Source: a virus (lineage: Duplodnaviria; Heunggongvirae; Uroviricota; Caudoviricetes). From it: a DNA stretch of 64,000 bases. Below, piece after piece: positions 19,345 to 28,450 of this stretch. Under the pieces are notes generated by a model, which saw only the letters and a program-made list of their open reading frames with translations, did not search any database and was not told the DNA's origin. Made by a program: the position numbers and the translations under genes. The stretch is taken from IMG/VR virus record IMGVR_UViG_3300012663_000707, positions 6,897 to 70,896 of that record. One strand, written 5' to 3'. Position 1 is the stretch's first letter, and the number at the start of each line of letters is the position of its first letter.

Positions 19345-20745
19345 TGATCTGAATTTTTTCTTTAATTCATCTGCTTTTGTGTAGTAAGAATAAGATGTTT
19401 TCTTGTAATCTTTACGTTGAGCATATAGGTCACTTAAGATTAATTTTAACATTGAATCTTCTTTCTTATATACTACGCCATTTTCACAAACAATAATACT
19501 GTCATCTTTTCTTCTGGCTTCGATCTCTCTTTCTGGAATGATCTCAACATATGAATCGGGCGAGATATTAAATTGTCTCATGATCGAAGGATATAGAGAT
19601 GCAAAGTCAAACGCAGATACTCCAGAGTAATAACCGACAATTGGTTCTTTTACAAAGGCACCTTCATATTTGGTTTCTTTCTTACTATCTTCTTTATCAA
19701 ATTCAACTGCAATCTTCATATTAGAATCTACTAATTTTCTAGCAATTAATGATTCTGTTACTGCCACTGGAGATGCTGCTTTATATAGAGGCATTTTAGT
19801 GATCGTAGCTAATGTAAGTAGTACTTCCATTGATCTTAGTTTACGGTCAATATAGTAAACCAACACGGAATCGACTACGTTATAATATACAAATTTTGTA
19901 AAGTTATCACGATATAGATCTTGTAGAGATCCAGTATATTTGATCTTGCTTACATCCAATACTTGACCAGATACAAAGTCTAATGAGCTGGATTCTTTAA
20001 CAGCAACACTACGGTCATATTTGTCATAAAGTTGCATGTAATCTAGGATTCCCATATGTAATGGTCTACTGTCTGCTTTATCTAAAGCTCCAGTGATTGC
20101 AACTTCAGTAAGATCGATTTGTAGTCTTTTACATCTATTTACAATATACTGCCAGTCATAGTTGATGAAATTCCAACCAGTCATCATTGGAAACTTAGGT
20201 AAGAACTTATGCAAGAATGTATACAACATATTGTACTCATCCTTAAATTTGTAATACGTAAATGTCCAATCTTGATCTAGGTCTTTGAAGTGTGCGTTTG
20301 TATCATCTTCGATCTTTTTAATATCTGCAGCAGATAGATCTTCTAGTCCAAGTACAATTGCTTTACGTTCTGGTGTGATAATTGAGAAGGTTAAAATCCT
20401 ACTCTTAGCTTCTTCTGGCTTTGGAAAACCATCTACGATTTCTGTCTCAATATCGACATAATACGTTCTAGGCATATTGAACTCATAGATCTCATTACGA
20501 TCTTCTTCAGGCAATGAATCCATAAAATACAATAGACTGAACTTGTTAAAAGATCTAGCTCTATTTTTCTTAATGGATCGACCATCCCAGTTTTTAAAAC
20601 GTTGGTCTTTATACTTGTCATTATCTTCTGCAATTACCCAATTTTGGAATTCTTTTACTGGGTATCTTTTGAAGGCAACTTTACCTTCACGATCGTAATA
20701 AGAAACGATCAGTTCTTTTTCGGTTTGTTCAATGTCTAATAGCAT
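19342..20745 (-). CDS. family-B DNA polymerase, N-terminal fragment (3'-5' exonuclease domain through motif A)
   Basis: Exo I YYVDIETEI, an Exo II-like YNVVDS block, and polymerase motif A FDFASLYPSI. Ends in a stop after motif A; motif B resumes in 13043..14251. Confidence 0.8.
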   Translation of the reverse strand: MLLDIEQTEKELIVSYYDREGKVAFKRYPVKEFQNWVIAEDNDKYKDQRFKNWDGRSIKKNRARSFNKFSLLYFMDSLPEEDRNEIYEFNMPRTYYVDIETEIVDGFPKPEEAKSRILTFSIITPERKAIVLGLEDLSAADIKKIEDDTNAHFKDLDQDWTFTYYKFKDEYNMLYTFLHKFLPKFPMMTGWNFINYDWQYIVNRCKRLQIDLTEVAITGALDKADSRPLHMGILDYMQLYDKYDRSVAVKESSSLDFVSGQVLDVSKIKYTGSLQDLYRDNFTKFVYYNVVDSVLVYYIDRKLRSMEVLLTLATITKMPLYKAASPVAVTESLIARKLVDSNMKIAVEFDKEDSKKETKYEGAFVKEPIVGYYSGVSAFDFASLYPSIMRQFNISPDSYVEIIPEREIEARRKDDSIIVCENGVVYKKEDSMLKLILSDLYAQRKDYKKTSYSYYTKADELKKKFRS

Positions 20746-21212
20746 TAATAATTATTCTTTTGGCGATTAACATTCTCTTCAGCTTTTGCAAAATAATAGT
20801 TGTATGCTGTCTTAGCATCTAAACCGATTGATGCTGCATAATTAATAAAGAAGTGTAGAATGTCTACCCATTCCATATATAATTCTTTCTTGTCGCCTTC
20901 AGATAGATCTGAAACTTTCATTGTTTCGTACTTGGTAAAGTCTTTCTTCCAGTATTTCCATACTGCATTTCCACTACCATCTTTAATACCACCAAGTGCA
21001 TCTGTCATCTCGTGGATTTCATCAATTACTGCGTGAGTGTTAACATGCCAGAAGTTCATTACTTCTCTAAGTGTCATGTCTTCGAATTTAAAACCATAAG
21101 TCTGCTCTTGCATCTTTTTTTGGTTTTCCATTATATCTGCTAAATGTGTTGTTGATTGGTCGTAAAAATCTTTTACATCAAGATCTTTACATTCGTTGTC
21201 TATGTTTGCCAT
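20745..21212 (-). CDS. MazG-like all-alpha NTP pyrophosphohydrolase
   Basis: EIHE ... EWVD spacing matches the MazG ExxE...ExxD metal-binding pattern; 155 aa. Confidence 0.45.
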   Translation of the reverse strand: MANIDNECKDLDVKDFYDQSTTHLADIMENQKKMQEQTYGFKFEDMTLREVMNFWHVNTHAVIDEIHEMTDALGGIKDGSGNAVWKYWKKDFTKYETMKVSDLSEGDKKELYMEWVDILHFFINYAASIGLDAKTAYNYYFAKAEENVNRQKNNY

Positions 21213-21263
21213 TATCTTTTATTTAGTTTAATACAGTTAATATGTCTTAAGTTTCATGTATTT

Positions 21264-22160
21264 TTACAAGTCGGTGTCGTTTACTTGACCCCAATCTCTA
21301 TAAGAATCTGTGATCAATTTCGTCTCTGCATTCTCAGGTTTTGGATCTCCACCTACATTCCAGAACCAAGCTCCAGGATTACCATGTGTCTTCATGAATT
21401 CCCATGCCTTTGCATCATAATTAAGTGCTGATGGAAATGGTGGCATGAATTTAGCGTCTACATTTTGACTAAATTCTTTTGGATGTGACCAAACTTTAGC
21501 TCTTCCTAGTTCACCATCTTTAATGTTACGTGCAACAGCAACTGCATTAAAGTCTGCGTTAGGCCATGCGATTTGTAGGGCTCTTGATAGAACTCCAGTA
21601 GAAATAGCAGACCAAACTTCTTTAGGTTCTCCATGTTTCTGTGCAAGATCATAAGCTACTCGAACTGCTGCTGCAGTTACCAACTCGTGTCTTAATCCAA
21701 GTGGAATAAAGAATGCATTGTTTTGTTCTGCCCATTTTTTAGCATGTGCATTTAGAACTGGCATTGCTGCAATTCGTTGAAACTTCATCTCAGCTCCTCT
21801 TTCAATACAAATTGCTTGGTGGTCTGAGATCTCTTGTTGACTAGGACTGAAAAGTACAAGTTTCTTATTGTACTTATTTGCAAGATAAGCCAATGAGATT
21901 CCTGCAAATCCATATCTAGGCTGTACGTATACCAGTGTGTCTGATTGCGCGTTCTGAACTAAGATGTCACCAAATCTACATTTAGATCCAAAGCCCATCA
22001 TATCTTCTCTAACTACGTTAAATCCATCATGTTCTGTTATAATCGGATCTGGAAATGGATCTTTCCAATCTCCTGCTAACTCTAACCATGCATCTCTATT
22101 CGGATACATTAGATTTAAATCCTGGTTAAAGTTCTTTTTAGTGTGTTGATTATGCGACAT
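21264..22160 (-). CDS. hypothetical enzyme-sized protein (298 aa)
   Basis: Conserved-looking glycine-rich blocks (GFGSKCRFGD, GAWFWNVGGDP); no confident family assignment. Confidence 0.5.
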   Translation of the reverse strand: MSHNQHTKKNFNQDLNLMYPNRDAWLELAGDWKDPFPDPIITEHDGFNVVREDMMGFGSKCRFGDILVQNAQSDTLVYVQPRYGFAGISLAYLANKYNKKLVLFSPSQQEISDHQAICIERGAEMKFQRIAAMPVLNAHAKKWAEQNNAFFIPLGLRHELVTAAAVRVAYDLAQKHGEPKEVWSAISTGVLSRALQIAWPNADFNAVAVARNIKDGELGRAKVWSHPKEFSQNVDAKFMPPFPSALNYDAKAWEFMKTHGNPGAWFWNVGGDPKPENAETKLITDSYRDWGQVNDTDL

Positions 22161-23367
22161 ATAATTTTGCTACTTTGTTTTTATACTCTTCAACGCTTAC
22201 TCCAGCTTCTACTAAAATTTTATCATCCGATGGGTGGTTTGCCATCCCATTAAATGTTTTTATTAGACCTAGATCCAACATTGCTTTTTGTCTACCGTAT
22301 GGATGGTCTAGAATTGTTGAACTGTTCCAGATTTTATCCATATCAATATGGTTGTAATTAGCACCTGGTTTTAAATAATTCTCAATCCAACGAATAAAGT
22401 CACATGCAACGTCCTCAGCATTATAAGGTAGACTTCCAGTGTCCTCATAGATTCTATTCATTACTGCATCTAAGAAGTCTGTACTTCCTTTACCTTTGCC
22501 ATTCAATGGATCTGCTAAGTAACCAATACATTCCGTTGCGTTTGTTCCATAATAGAACATACTGTCTCTATGAATAAATTCAGGAAACCAATCAGCAACA
22601 TCTGCAATTACTGCAGCATACTGGAATCTATAAACTCTAAGTCCATTTGCTTGATTCCAAGCAAACATCCAATCGCCAAGTTCACGAAGTGTTTTCTTTT
22701 CACCTTGCTGCAAATAAGTTGCCATCTCTCTTGCAAGTCTAGGTGCATATTCGCAAAGATAGTAATCGCCACCTCTTTTATAAGTGTAGTCTTGGTTTGT
22801 AAAACCGGACATGCCGATGAATAAATCATCAGCGTGAGTTGGTTGAGGTGGCTTTGGAAATGCTGGAAACTGATAACCTACCGAAGTATAAAATGGTTTA
22901 TCATAACCTTTGATCACTTCACACATTTGCTCGATTGTATCTGCTTCATGTAAGTGAAATAGAATTGTGTTATGGTATCCAGATGGTTTGGTTGCATAGT
23001 TAATAGCAGAACCAGTAACTCGATGTAGAATAAATAGGTAAAGCCAATCTGCTAGATCTAACGTATTTCTTTTACCGGTCCAGTTATTTGCAACCGTATT
23101 TCGTTGTGGATGAATCTTACCGGCTTTCATATGTTCCCAATAAGGGTGTTCTTCTGACCAACCGTAAAAAATGTCATTTACTATTTGACTGAAACCCGCA
23201 TATTTACGTTCCACCACATCGTATAAGTGAATGTGTTCCATTAGATCATCATTCATACCACTTTCTTCATGTGGTACCATACCTAAGTTAGAAAGTTCTT
23301 GCTGTTTTAAAGCAAGATCAAAATACCTTAGGAATTCGTCGTAATATTTTGTTGTTTTAATCTCCAT
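22150..23367 (-). CDS. hypothetical protein (405 aa)
   Basis: Long ORF overlapping its neighbours by a few nt (operon packing); no confident motif. Confidence 0.5.
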   Translation of the reverse strand: MEIKTTKYYDEFLRYFDLALKQQELSNLGMVPHEESGMNDDLMEHIHLYDVVERKYAGFSQIVNDIFYGWSEEHPYWEHMKAGKIHPQRNTVANNWTGKRNTLDLADWLYLFILHRVTGSAINYATKPSGYHNTILFHLHEADTIEQMCEVIKGYDKPFYTSVGYQFPAFPKPPQPTHADDLFIGMSGFTNQDYTYKRGGDYYLCEYAPRLAREMATYLQQGEKKTLRELGDWMFAWNQANGLRVYRFQYAAVIADVADWFPEFIHRDSMFYYGTNATECIGYLADPLNGKGKGSTDFLDAVMNRIYEDTGSLPYNAEDVACDFIRWIENYLKPGANYNHIDMDKIWNSSTILDHPYGRQKAMLDLGLIKTFNGMANHPSDDKILVEAGVSVEEYKNKVAKLYVA

Positions 23368-24443
23368 TAGAAAAGTGCTGATGTAATTTGTCTGTGTTCA
23401 AGCTTTTTGTTAGGTTCGTTCTTAACGAGATCCCAACGATAATATTCTCGTGCAATATGAACTGACTTAGGTTTTTCCATCACTTCAAAATCCAATTCTC
23501 CGATTGAATTCTTGTAGACTGAAGGATGTTCCCAAGTTGACCAGCCATTTCTATTGCACATGTCTTTGATCATTCGATTAAAGTTGTGTACCAATTCTGT
23601 TCGTTCAGCCCAAGTGCCAATGAAAGGCGTTCCTTTGTAGAAACCAGTCTTAGGTAAGACTCTGCTTTCGTTTTCAATCGGTAATGCTTGAACTACTTCG
23701 ATCTCTTTAATACACAATTGCTTCAATTGTTGTTCGTAATCCAAGACCATTTTTTCTAGTGATTCCAAAGGTTTACTTTGACGCATCAAGTGGTGTCTAA
23801 TATCGATATTGCCCAAGTAGATTCTTAACGTTGTGATCGAAGGATCTACAAATGTATTAATACCTTTCTTTAAAGTACCGAATAGAGTCATACCATCATT
23901 ACGGTCACACATATAACCTGGAGTGTACTGGCTGAATGAATGGCTATCACCGAAGCATAGACTATTGGTTTGTTCAATCATGTCTACACGTTGAATCTTT
24001 GAGCAAATTGAGATTGCATCTTCAATTCTAGACTCTAACGTTTTAAACAATTCGGAACCAGTCTTTAATCTACCTTTGATTAGATCACCTACGTTCGGCA
24101 TGTCATGGTGCAGTGAATACATTCTAGTACCTTCGGTAAATAGACGATTGACTTGGTGATATAAGTCATCGTTTGCTCCACCGAAGATATTAAAGGTACC
24201 TTTGTATTCCATGCCATGTTCGATTAAGATCACATCGTAATCAGACCAATCTGTTTCAGTCTTGGTGATAACTTCAGCATTCTTATAACCTGCACTCCAC
24301 AACTGGTTGCACAACATATGTGCCCAACCAGATTTATGTGAACTTAACTTCTCGCTTAGTTTTCCAACAAGTGCTGAAATACCAACTCGAATGTTTTTAT
24401 CTGACTCATAGTCAGTAAAGAATTTAGATTCCGCTATTTGCAT
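23367..24443 (-). CDS. two-domain protein with C-terminal SGNH/GDSL-hydrolase-like motif
   Basis: SLCFGDSHSF resembles the GDSx block I of SGNH hydrolases; the N-terminal domain is unassigned. Confidence 0.45.
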   Translation of the reverse strand: MQIAESKFFTDYESDKNIRVGISALVGKLSEKLSSHKSGWAHMLCNQLWSAGYKNAEVITKTETDWSDYDVILIEHGMEYKGTFNIFGGANDDLYHQVNRLFTEGTRMYSLHHDMPNVGDLIKGRLKTGSELFKTLESRIEDAISICSKIQRVDMIEQTNSLCFGDSHSFSQYTPGYMCDRNDGMTLFGTLKKGINTFVDPSITTLRIYLGNIDIRHHLMRQSKPLESLEKMVLDYEQQLKQLCIKEIEVVQALPIENESRVLPKTGFYKGTPFIGTWAERTELVHNFNRMIKDMCNRNGWSTWEHPSVYKNSIGELDFEVMEKPKSVHIAREYYRWDLVKNEPNKKLEHRQITSALF

Positions 24444-24828
24444 CTGATAAATCTATAGGTTTCTCTGTTTCTTTATAACCGTACTTTTTGATATAGTTGT
24501 CCAGACCTCCGATATATGCAACTGCATCTAATAAGTTATCTTCTTTGTAATTGTATGAATGTCTACTAAGTTTCAATGCAACTAATGCTGCATACATGTC
24601 TGCACCGGACCATTCTTTACCAGTCATACCTGAACAGATCATTGCGGCTCTACGCATACCCTCTTCAAAGGGACCGTACATACGTTCTTTTTCTTCTGAT
24701 CTGTGATTAATGATTTTGTCTGCTTCTTCTAAGATATTGCTCATATTTAATACTTTAAGTGTTATATGGACTAAGTTTGCTTTGTTTAGATATGTATATA
24801 AGAAAGCTGGGCAACGCGTTTCTTGCAT
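24424..24828 (-). CDS. hypothetical protein (likely start at internal MSNILEE)
   Basis: ORF in the operon. Confidence 0.4.
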   Translation of the reverse strand: MQETRCPAFLYTYLNKANLVHITLKVLNMSNILEEADKIINHRSEEKERMYGPFEEGMRRAAMICSGMTGKEWSGADMYAALVALKLSRHSYNYKEDNLLDAVAYIGGLDNYIKKYGYKETEKPIDLSDANSGI

Positions 24829-24840
24829 TGCCCAGGCTCG

Positions 24841-25122
24841 TTATAATGGATAATTTGCGTTGTAGATCAACTTGCAATAGAAAGGTAACATCCTTACGTT
24901 AGTACCATCTGCTCTACCGACAGCTTCCATTAATTTGTTATCAACAACTGCTTGTACGAAACTACCTCCAGGAAAACCGATGTTCCATTTTGTACACAAG
25001 ATTGAAGTTCCAATGTTGATGATGTGATCTCGTTCGTCTTCAGAATATTTGTACTCAAATGATTTATCCAAGTAAGCTTCTACAACGTTACGTACTGCTT
25101 TGATTTGATCTACTGTTTCCAT
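24841..25122 (-). CDS. hypothetical protein (93 aa)
   Basis: ORF immediately downstream of intergenic cassette E1. Confidence 0.4.
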   Translation of the reverse strand: METVDQIKAVRNVVEAYLDKSFEYKYSEDERDHIINIGTSILCTKWNIGFPGGSFVQAVVDNKLMEAVGRADGTNVRMLPFYCKLIYNANYPL

Positions 25123-25138
25123 ACTTTATTTGTTTTTT

Positions 25139-25215
25139 GTTACAGTGTAAATATAATAAAAAAGCCTGACATAAAAAAATGTCAGGCCAATTATTTTGCC
25201 AAAAGTTATTAACAA
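25139..25215 (-). repeat. conserved intergenic cassette copy E1 (stop-proximal TTGTTAATAACTTTT box, hairpin terminator, ATTATATTTACAC box)
   Basis: Minus strand TTGTTAATAACTTTTGGCAAAATAATTG-GCCTGACATTTTTTTATGTCAGGC-TTTTTTATTATATTTACACTGTAAC. Near-identical to 32847-32923. Confidence 0.8.
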
Positions 25216-25698
25216 TTACTTTACGTTCTTAAGAACTGTTCTAAGTCTACCGATTGCTGCATCTAATGAACTGTAGATTGGAACGTTGTATCTGCTACAA
25301 ATAACATCTACGTTTCCTTTTCTCCAGAATTCATCCGGACAACAAACGATCATCTTACCGGAAGCAGCGTACAATCCAAGTTCTGCTAAACTAATTGGAC
25401 TCTTAGTTCCTGGTGAGAAGTACATAAAGATGATGTCGCAATTATCTAACATATCCATTTCCCAATTTACTTGTTCGTTGAATTGTGGGTTAGCTTCTGT
25501 TTGTTCCCAACTTGAATCCCAATCATCACGTCTAGGATTTAAAAAGACTATATCTTCACGATCCTGAAATTGATTAGGAATTACCTCTTGCCAATTTTCA
25601 GCAGCTCCCATTTCGATAGATCCTGCTAAGAATATAGTAAGTTGTTTTTGGTCTCCGTATGGGAGTGGTATTTGATTTGGTGCTTTAACTATGTTCAT
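25216..25698 (-). CDS. nucleoside 2-deoxyribosyltransferase-like (NDT/DNPH1 fold) protein
   Basis: IFLAGSIEMG N-terminal motif and SPISLAELGLYAASGKMIV resemble the NDT-family Rossmann-like signature. Confidence 0.45.
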   Translation of the reverse strand: MNIVKAPNQIPLPYGDQKQLTIFLAGSIEMGAAENWQEVIPNQFQDREDIVFLNPRRDDWDSSWEQTEANPQFNEQVNWEMDMLDNCDIIFMYFSPGTKSPISLAELGLYAASGKMIVCCPDEFWRKGNVDVICSRYNVPIYSSLDAAIGRLRTVLKNVK

Positions 25699-25701
25699 AA
25701 T

Positions 25702-25971
25702 TTATTTATTGATTTGATTATGTATCGGGTTTTTACAATTACCTTTATGAGATCCCCATTGAGTTTGTCCAATTCCACCTACAATATATTCACAACCTTC
25801 AAGAGTATAAACTCTATAATTTTGGTCAAAATACTTTGAACTATTGTCTAGTTCCATTTTATGCGGATTTGATTGAGTCGAAACTTGTACGTTGCCTTCG
25901 CAACTTGTAACCATAAAGGCTACAAGTGCTGCAAAGATCAATAAGAATAGAGTTATATTTTTTCTGTTCAT
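25702..25971 (-). CDS. small secreted lipoprotein (89 aa)
   Basis: Signal peptide with lipobox LVAFMVTSC; cysteine-containing mature part. Confidence 0.5.
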   Translation of the reverse strand: MNRKNITLFLLIFAALVAFMVTSCEGNVQVSTQSNPHKMELDNSSKYFDQNYRVYTLEGCEYIVGGIGQTQWGSHKGNCKNPIHNQINK

Positions 25972-27470
25972 TTAGCAGATTTTAAACGTTCTCTGATTTC
26001 AGTTAATGTTGTTTGGTTTTCAAAGAAACCATTTCTATAAATAGTCTGTAATTCACCTTTTGCCTCATCTTCCCATGAACATTGATCCAGTAAAATTAAT
26101 AATCCAGCGGAGTTATATACACTCAACAATCCAGTTGCTGATTTCTTTGTCCCATCATCTGTAATTGGGTCTTTAAAGATTTGTCTACCTTCGCCATTAA
26201 CATCAACATACGTTGCTTTCATTGCGAAACCAAATGTGTCTCTGGTATTGTATTGGTATGTGAATGAACCTACACCTAAAACGATGTTTGTACTTGCAAA
26301 TCCTTTTGCTTCTAAACGCTTACAGATTTCTTCAGCTCTTTCAATTGTAATTGAGTCTCCGTAGATTGCTCCGATATGAGAGTCAAGAACTTTGTAACCT
26401 TGTTCGTTGATAGTTCCTCCGAAAACATCCCAAAGTAATTCAATAACACCTTTCTTTTCAGGACTATCAGAATTAGTGATTACATTATCATCGCCAAATG
26501 TTGCTTTATTTGATTGAATCCATGATGAATTATCATAACCACAAATAATATCGACCGGATCACCAGAGTCAGGTCTAATAACTACTTTACCATCACGAGC
26601 TAAAATCTCTTCTTTCAAAGTAACTACGTGTTCGGTACAAACTTTCCATAAGTCCCAAGTATCTGATACGATTGAAAGAATTCCTGTTGGATATGTTTCC
26701 ATCAAGTTTCTAAATGTTCCAACCTCATCTTCTTTAGATCCAGCGCACATAACTGAATGTTCAGTTGCATTCACACTTCCACAAACAGTATCTGTTGCAC
26801 CATAAAATTTACGTGCTCCATAAATTGTTGGTAAACTATCTGAACCTAAGAAACTTGTTAAGTGACCAAGACCTGAAGAGATTACTGCCTCCACTGAATC
26901 CATACCTCTCATTGAGAAATCATGTCCTTGCCAATCAATAAACCATCCGCGCTCAGCATCAGTTTTTTCTTGCCATTTGGTCAATACCTTACGGTAAGTA
27001 TGGGCAATAGTTGCAGAAGTCATTGGTTTCCATAACAAGTTTGAAAGGATAGTTTCCAAGTAATTTGTTACCCAATAGAAATCTGGATGTGTATTATAGA
27101 TTGTTAATACAGGAACTTTGATAGGAACTAATGTACCTTCTGGAAGAGCTTTAACCGCGATTGGCAAATAACCTAGATCATGTAGGGCTTCAAAGTGACT
27201 AACATCATAATCAGTTCCAAGGTACATTGATAACTCACGTTTCATTTCTCCACAAACCTCATCTTTTGGTTTGCTAAAGAAATCCTTCTCAAAAGATTCG
27301 TGAATTTGCTTCATTACCATTTGTTGTCCAAACGATACTAATTGGTCGCAACCCTTTGGTGCATACTTGTTACTTCTTGGTGTGAAGTTTGAATAAACCA
27401 ACGTAGTTCCTTTTGGATATTGTTGGTGGTGTCCTGTTTTGTACCCGTCTGTTAAAAATAATGGATTCAT
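25968..27470 (-). CDS. nadV: nicotinamide phosphoribosyltransferase family (NadV/NAMPT-like; could equally be the Namat type)
   Basis: N-terminus MNPLFLTDGYKTGHHQQYP is typical of NAMPT; 500 aa. Confidence 0.85.
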   Translation of the reverse strand: MNPLFLTDGYKTGHHQQYPKGTTLVYSNFTPRSNKYAPKGCDQLVSFGQQMVMKQIHESFEKDFFSKPKDEVCGEMKRELSMYLGTDYDVSHFEALHDLGYLPIAVKALPEGTLVPIKVPVLTIYNTHPDFYWVTNYLETILSNLLWKPMTSATIAHTYRKVLTKWQEKTDAERGWFIDWQGHDFSMRGMDSVEAVISSGLGHLTSFLGSDSLPTIYGARKFYGATDTVCGSVNATEHSVMCAGSKEDEVGTFRNLMETYPTGILSIVSDTWDLWKVCTEHVVTLKEEILARDGKVVIRPDSGDPVDIICGYDNSSWIQSNKATFGDDNVITNSDSPEKKGVIELLWDVFGGTINEQGYKVLDSHIGAIYGDSITIERAEEICKRLEAKGFASTNIVLGVGSFTYQYNTRDTFGFAMKATYVDVNGEGRQIFKDPITDDGTKKSATGLLSVYNSAGLLILLDQCSWEDEAKGELQTIYRNGFFENQTTLTEIRERLKSAK

Positions 27471-27490
27471 ATGTTTATTGTTTTAATTTT

Positions 27491-27565
27491 GATATGTAAA
27501 TATAATCAATTTATTTTGATCCCGAAAACATTTTTCAATTTATTTTCAAAAAGTTATTAACAATC
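27491..27565 (-). repeat. intergenic cassette copy E5 (hairpin replaced by a duplicated AAAATAAATTGA segment)
   Basis: Shares the TTGTTAATAACTTTTTGAAAATAA and ATTATATTTACA boxes with E1-E4. Confidence 0.6.
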
Positions 27566-28015
27566 TACAAGATTCGCCAAAACACTTTTTACCATGCCAA
27601 TCTCTGCACGACCTTGGTATCTTTTATTAAATTCACCAATAGTTTTACCTTGCAAAGCCTGTGGATTTGTAATAGTAACAGACAAATCCTGTAGAATTTC
27701 CTTTAAAGCCAATACAATCTCATCAGCTGTCATTTGAGCTGGCATATATCTTCTAAGAACTGCACTTTCATCTGCCTCTTTTTTCGCCAATTCTGGTCGA
27801 TTTGCAACATCATACATTTTTTGGGCATCCTCTCTGGTCTTGATCGCTTTATTAACGATTTTAATAATCTCAGCATCGGTTGCAACCCAAGTTCCATTGT
27901 TTTTTTCAGCAACCTGGATTGCTGCTTTAATACTACCTAATGCATCCTTTGCATTTGTGTCTTTTGCTTTGTATGCAGCAATATAATCTGCATCTATTCT
28001 TTCTTTAATTGTCAT
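27557..28015 (-). CDS. GatB/YqeY domain protein
   Basis: 152 aa helical protein whose pattern (IKERIDADYIAAYKAKD...LGSIKAAIQ...) is typical of YqeY-like proteins. Confidence 0.65.
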   Translation of the reverse strand: MTIKERIDADYIAAYKAKDTNAKDALGSIKAAIQVAEKNNGTWVATDAEIIKIVNKAIKTREDAQKMYDVANRPELAKKEADESAVLRRYMPAQMTADEIVLALKEILQDLSVTITNPQALQGKTIGEFNKRYQGRAEIGMVKSVLANLVDC

Positions 28016-28021
28016 CTTTCT

Positions 28022-28237
28022 TTATTTTATGTTTTCTAATGGGTATGCGTTTAAAATGAAATTTTTATCATTAAGATGGTCCCAAGTACCTTCAGGTAAT
28101 TCATATTCTGCTTGAGAATCTACAGCCTTTAATGCTTGTTCAACATGGTACCTTGCAAATAATACACCAAATTCTTTCCAGTCGAATGCGTATTTACCGT
28201 TTTCACTGATATGGTCTAAAAAATCTTCTGCTGTCAT
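28022..28237 (-). CDS. hypothetical small protein (71 aa)
   Basis: ORF in the operon. Confidence 0.35.
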   Translation of the reverse strand: MTAEDFLDHISENGKYAFDWKEFGVLFARYHVEQALKAVDSQAEYELPEGTWDHLNDKNFILNAYPLENIK

Positions 28238-28243
28238 CTTTCT

Positions 28244-28450
28244 TTAGTTTTTTCTGATTCCTGTTACCATAACGTATTTAAACGTTCCATCCTTTTTAAA
28301 CATATGCTGAATAAATGTTACATCATACGTTTTAAATCCATTGTCAAATTCCATTGTTATTTGTTCATCGATTAATGGTTTTTCAACTTCACAAATAAAA
28401 TCACTTTCACAGACTCCACCATTCATTAAAACAAATCTACACCTTGTCAT
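28244..28450 (-). CDS. hypothetical small protein (68 aa)
   Basis: ORF in the operon, overlapping the Thg1-like gene end. Confidence 0.35.
   Translation of the reverse strand: MTRCRFVLMNGGVCESDFICEVEKPLIDEQITMEFDNGFKTYDVTFIQHMFKKDGTFKYVMVTGIRKN

Noticed and set aside
25139-25215. Assigning exact Bacteroidota-type (-33 TTG / -7 TAnnTTTG) or sigma70 (-35/-10) boxes within the cassette
   Set aside because: Several partial matches (for example TATATTTA, TTGTTA) occur, but none is in canonical spacing by eye. The cassette is therefore reported as promoter or terminator-like without box assignments.
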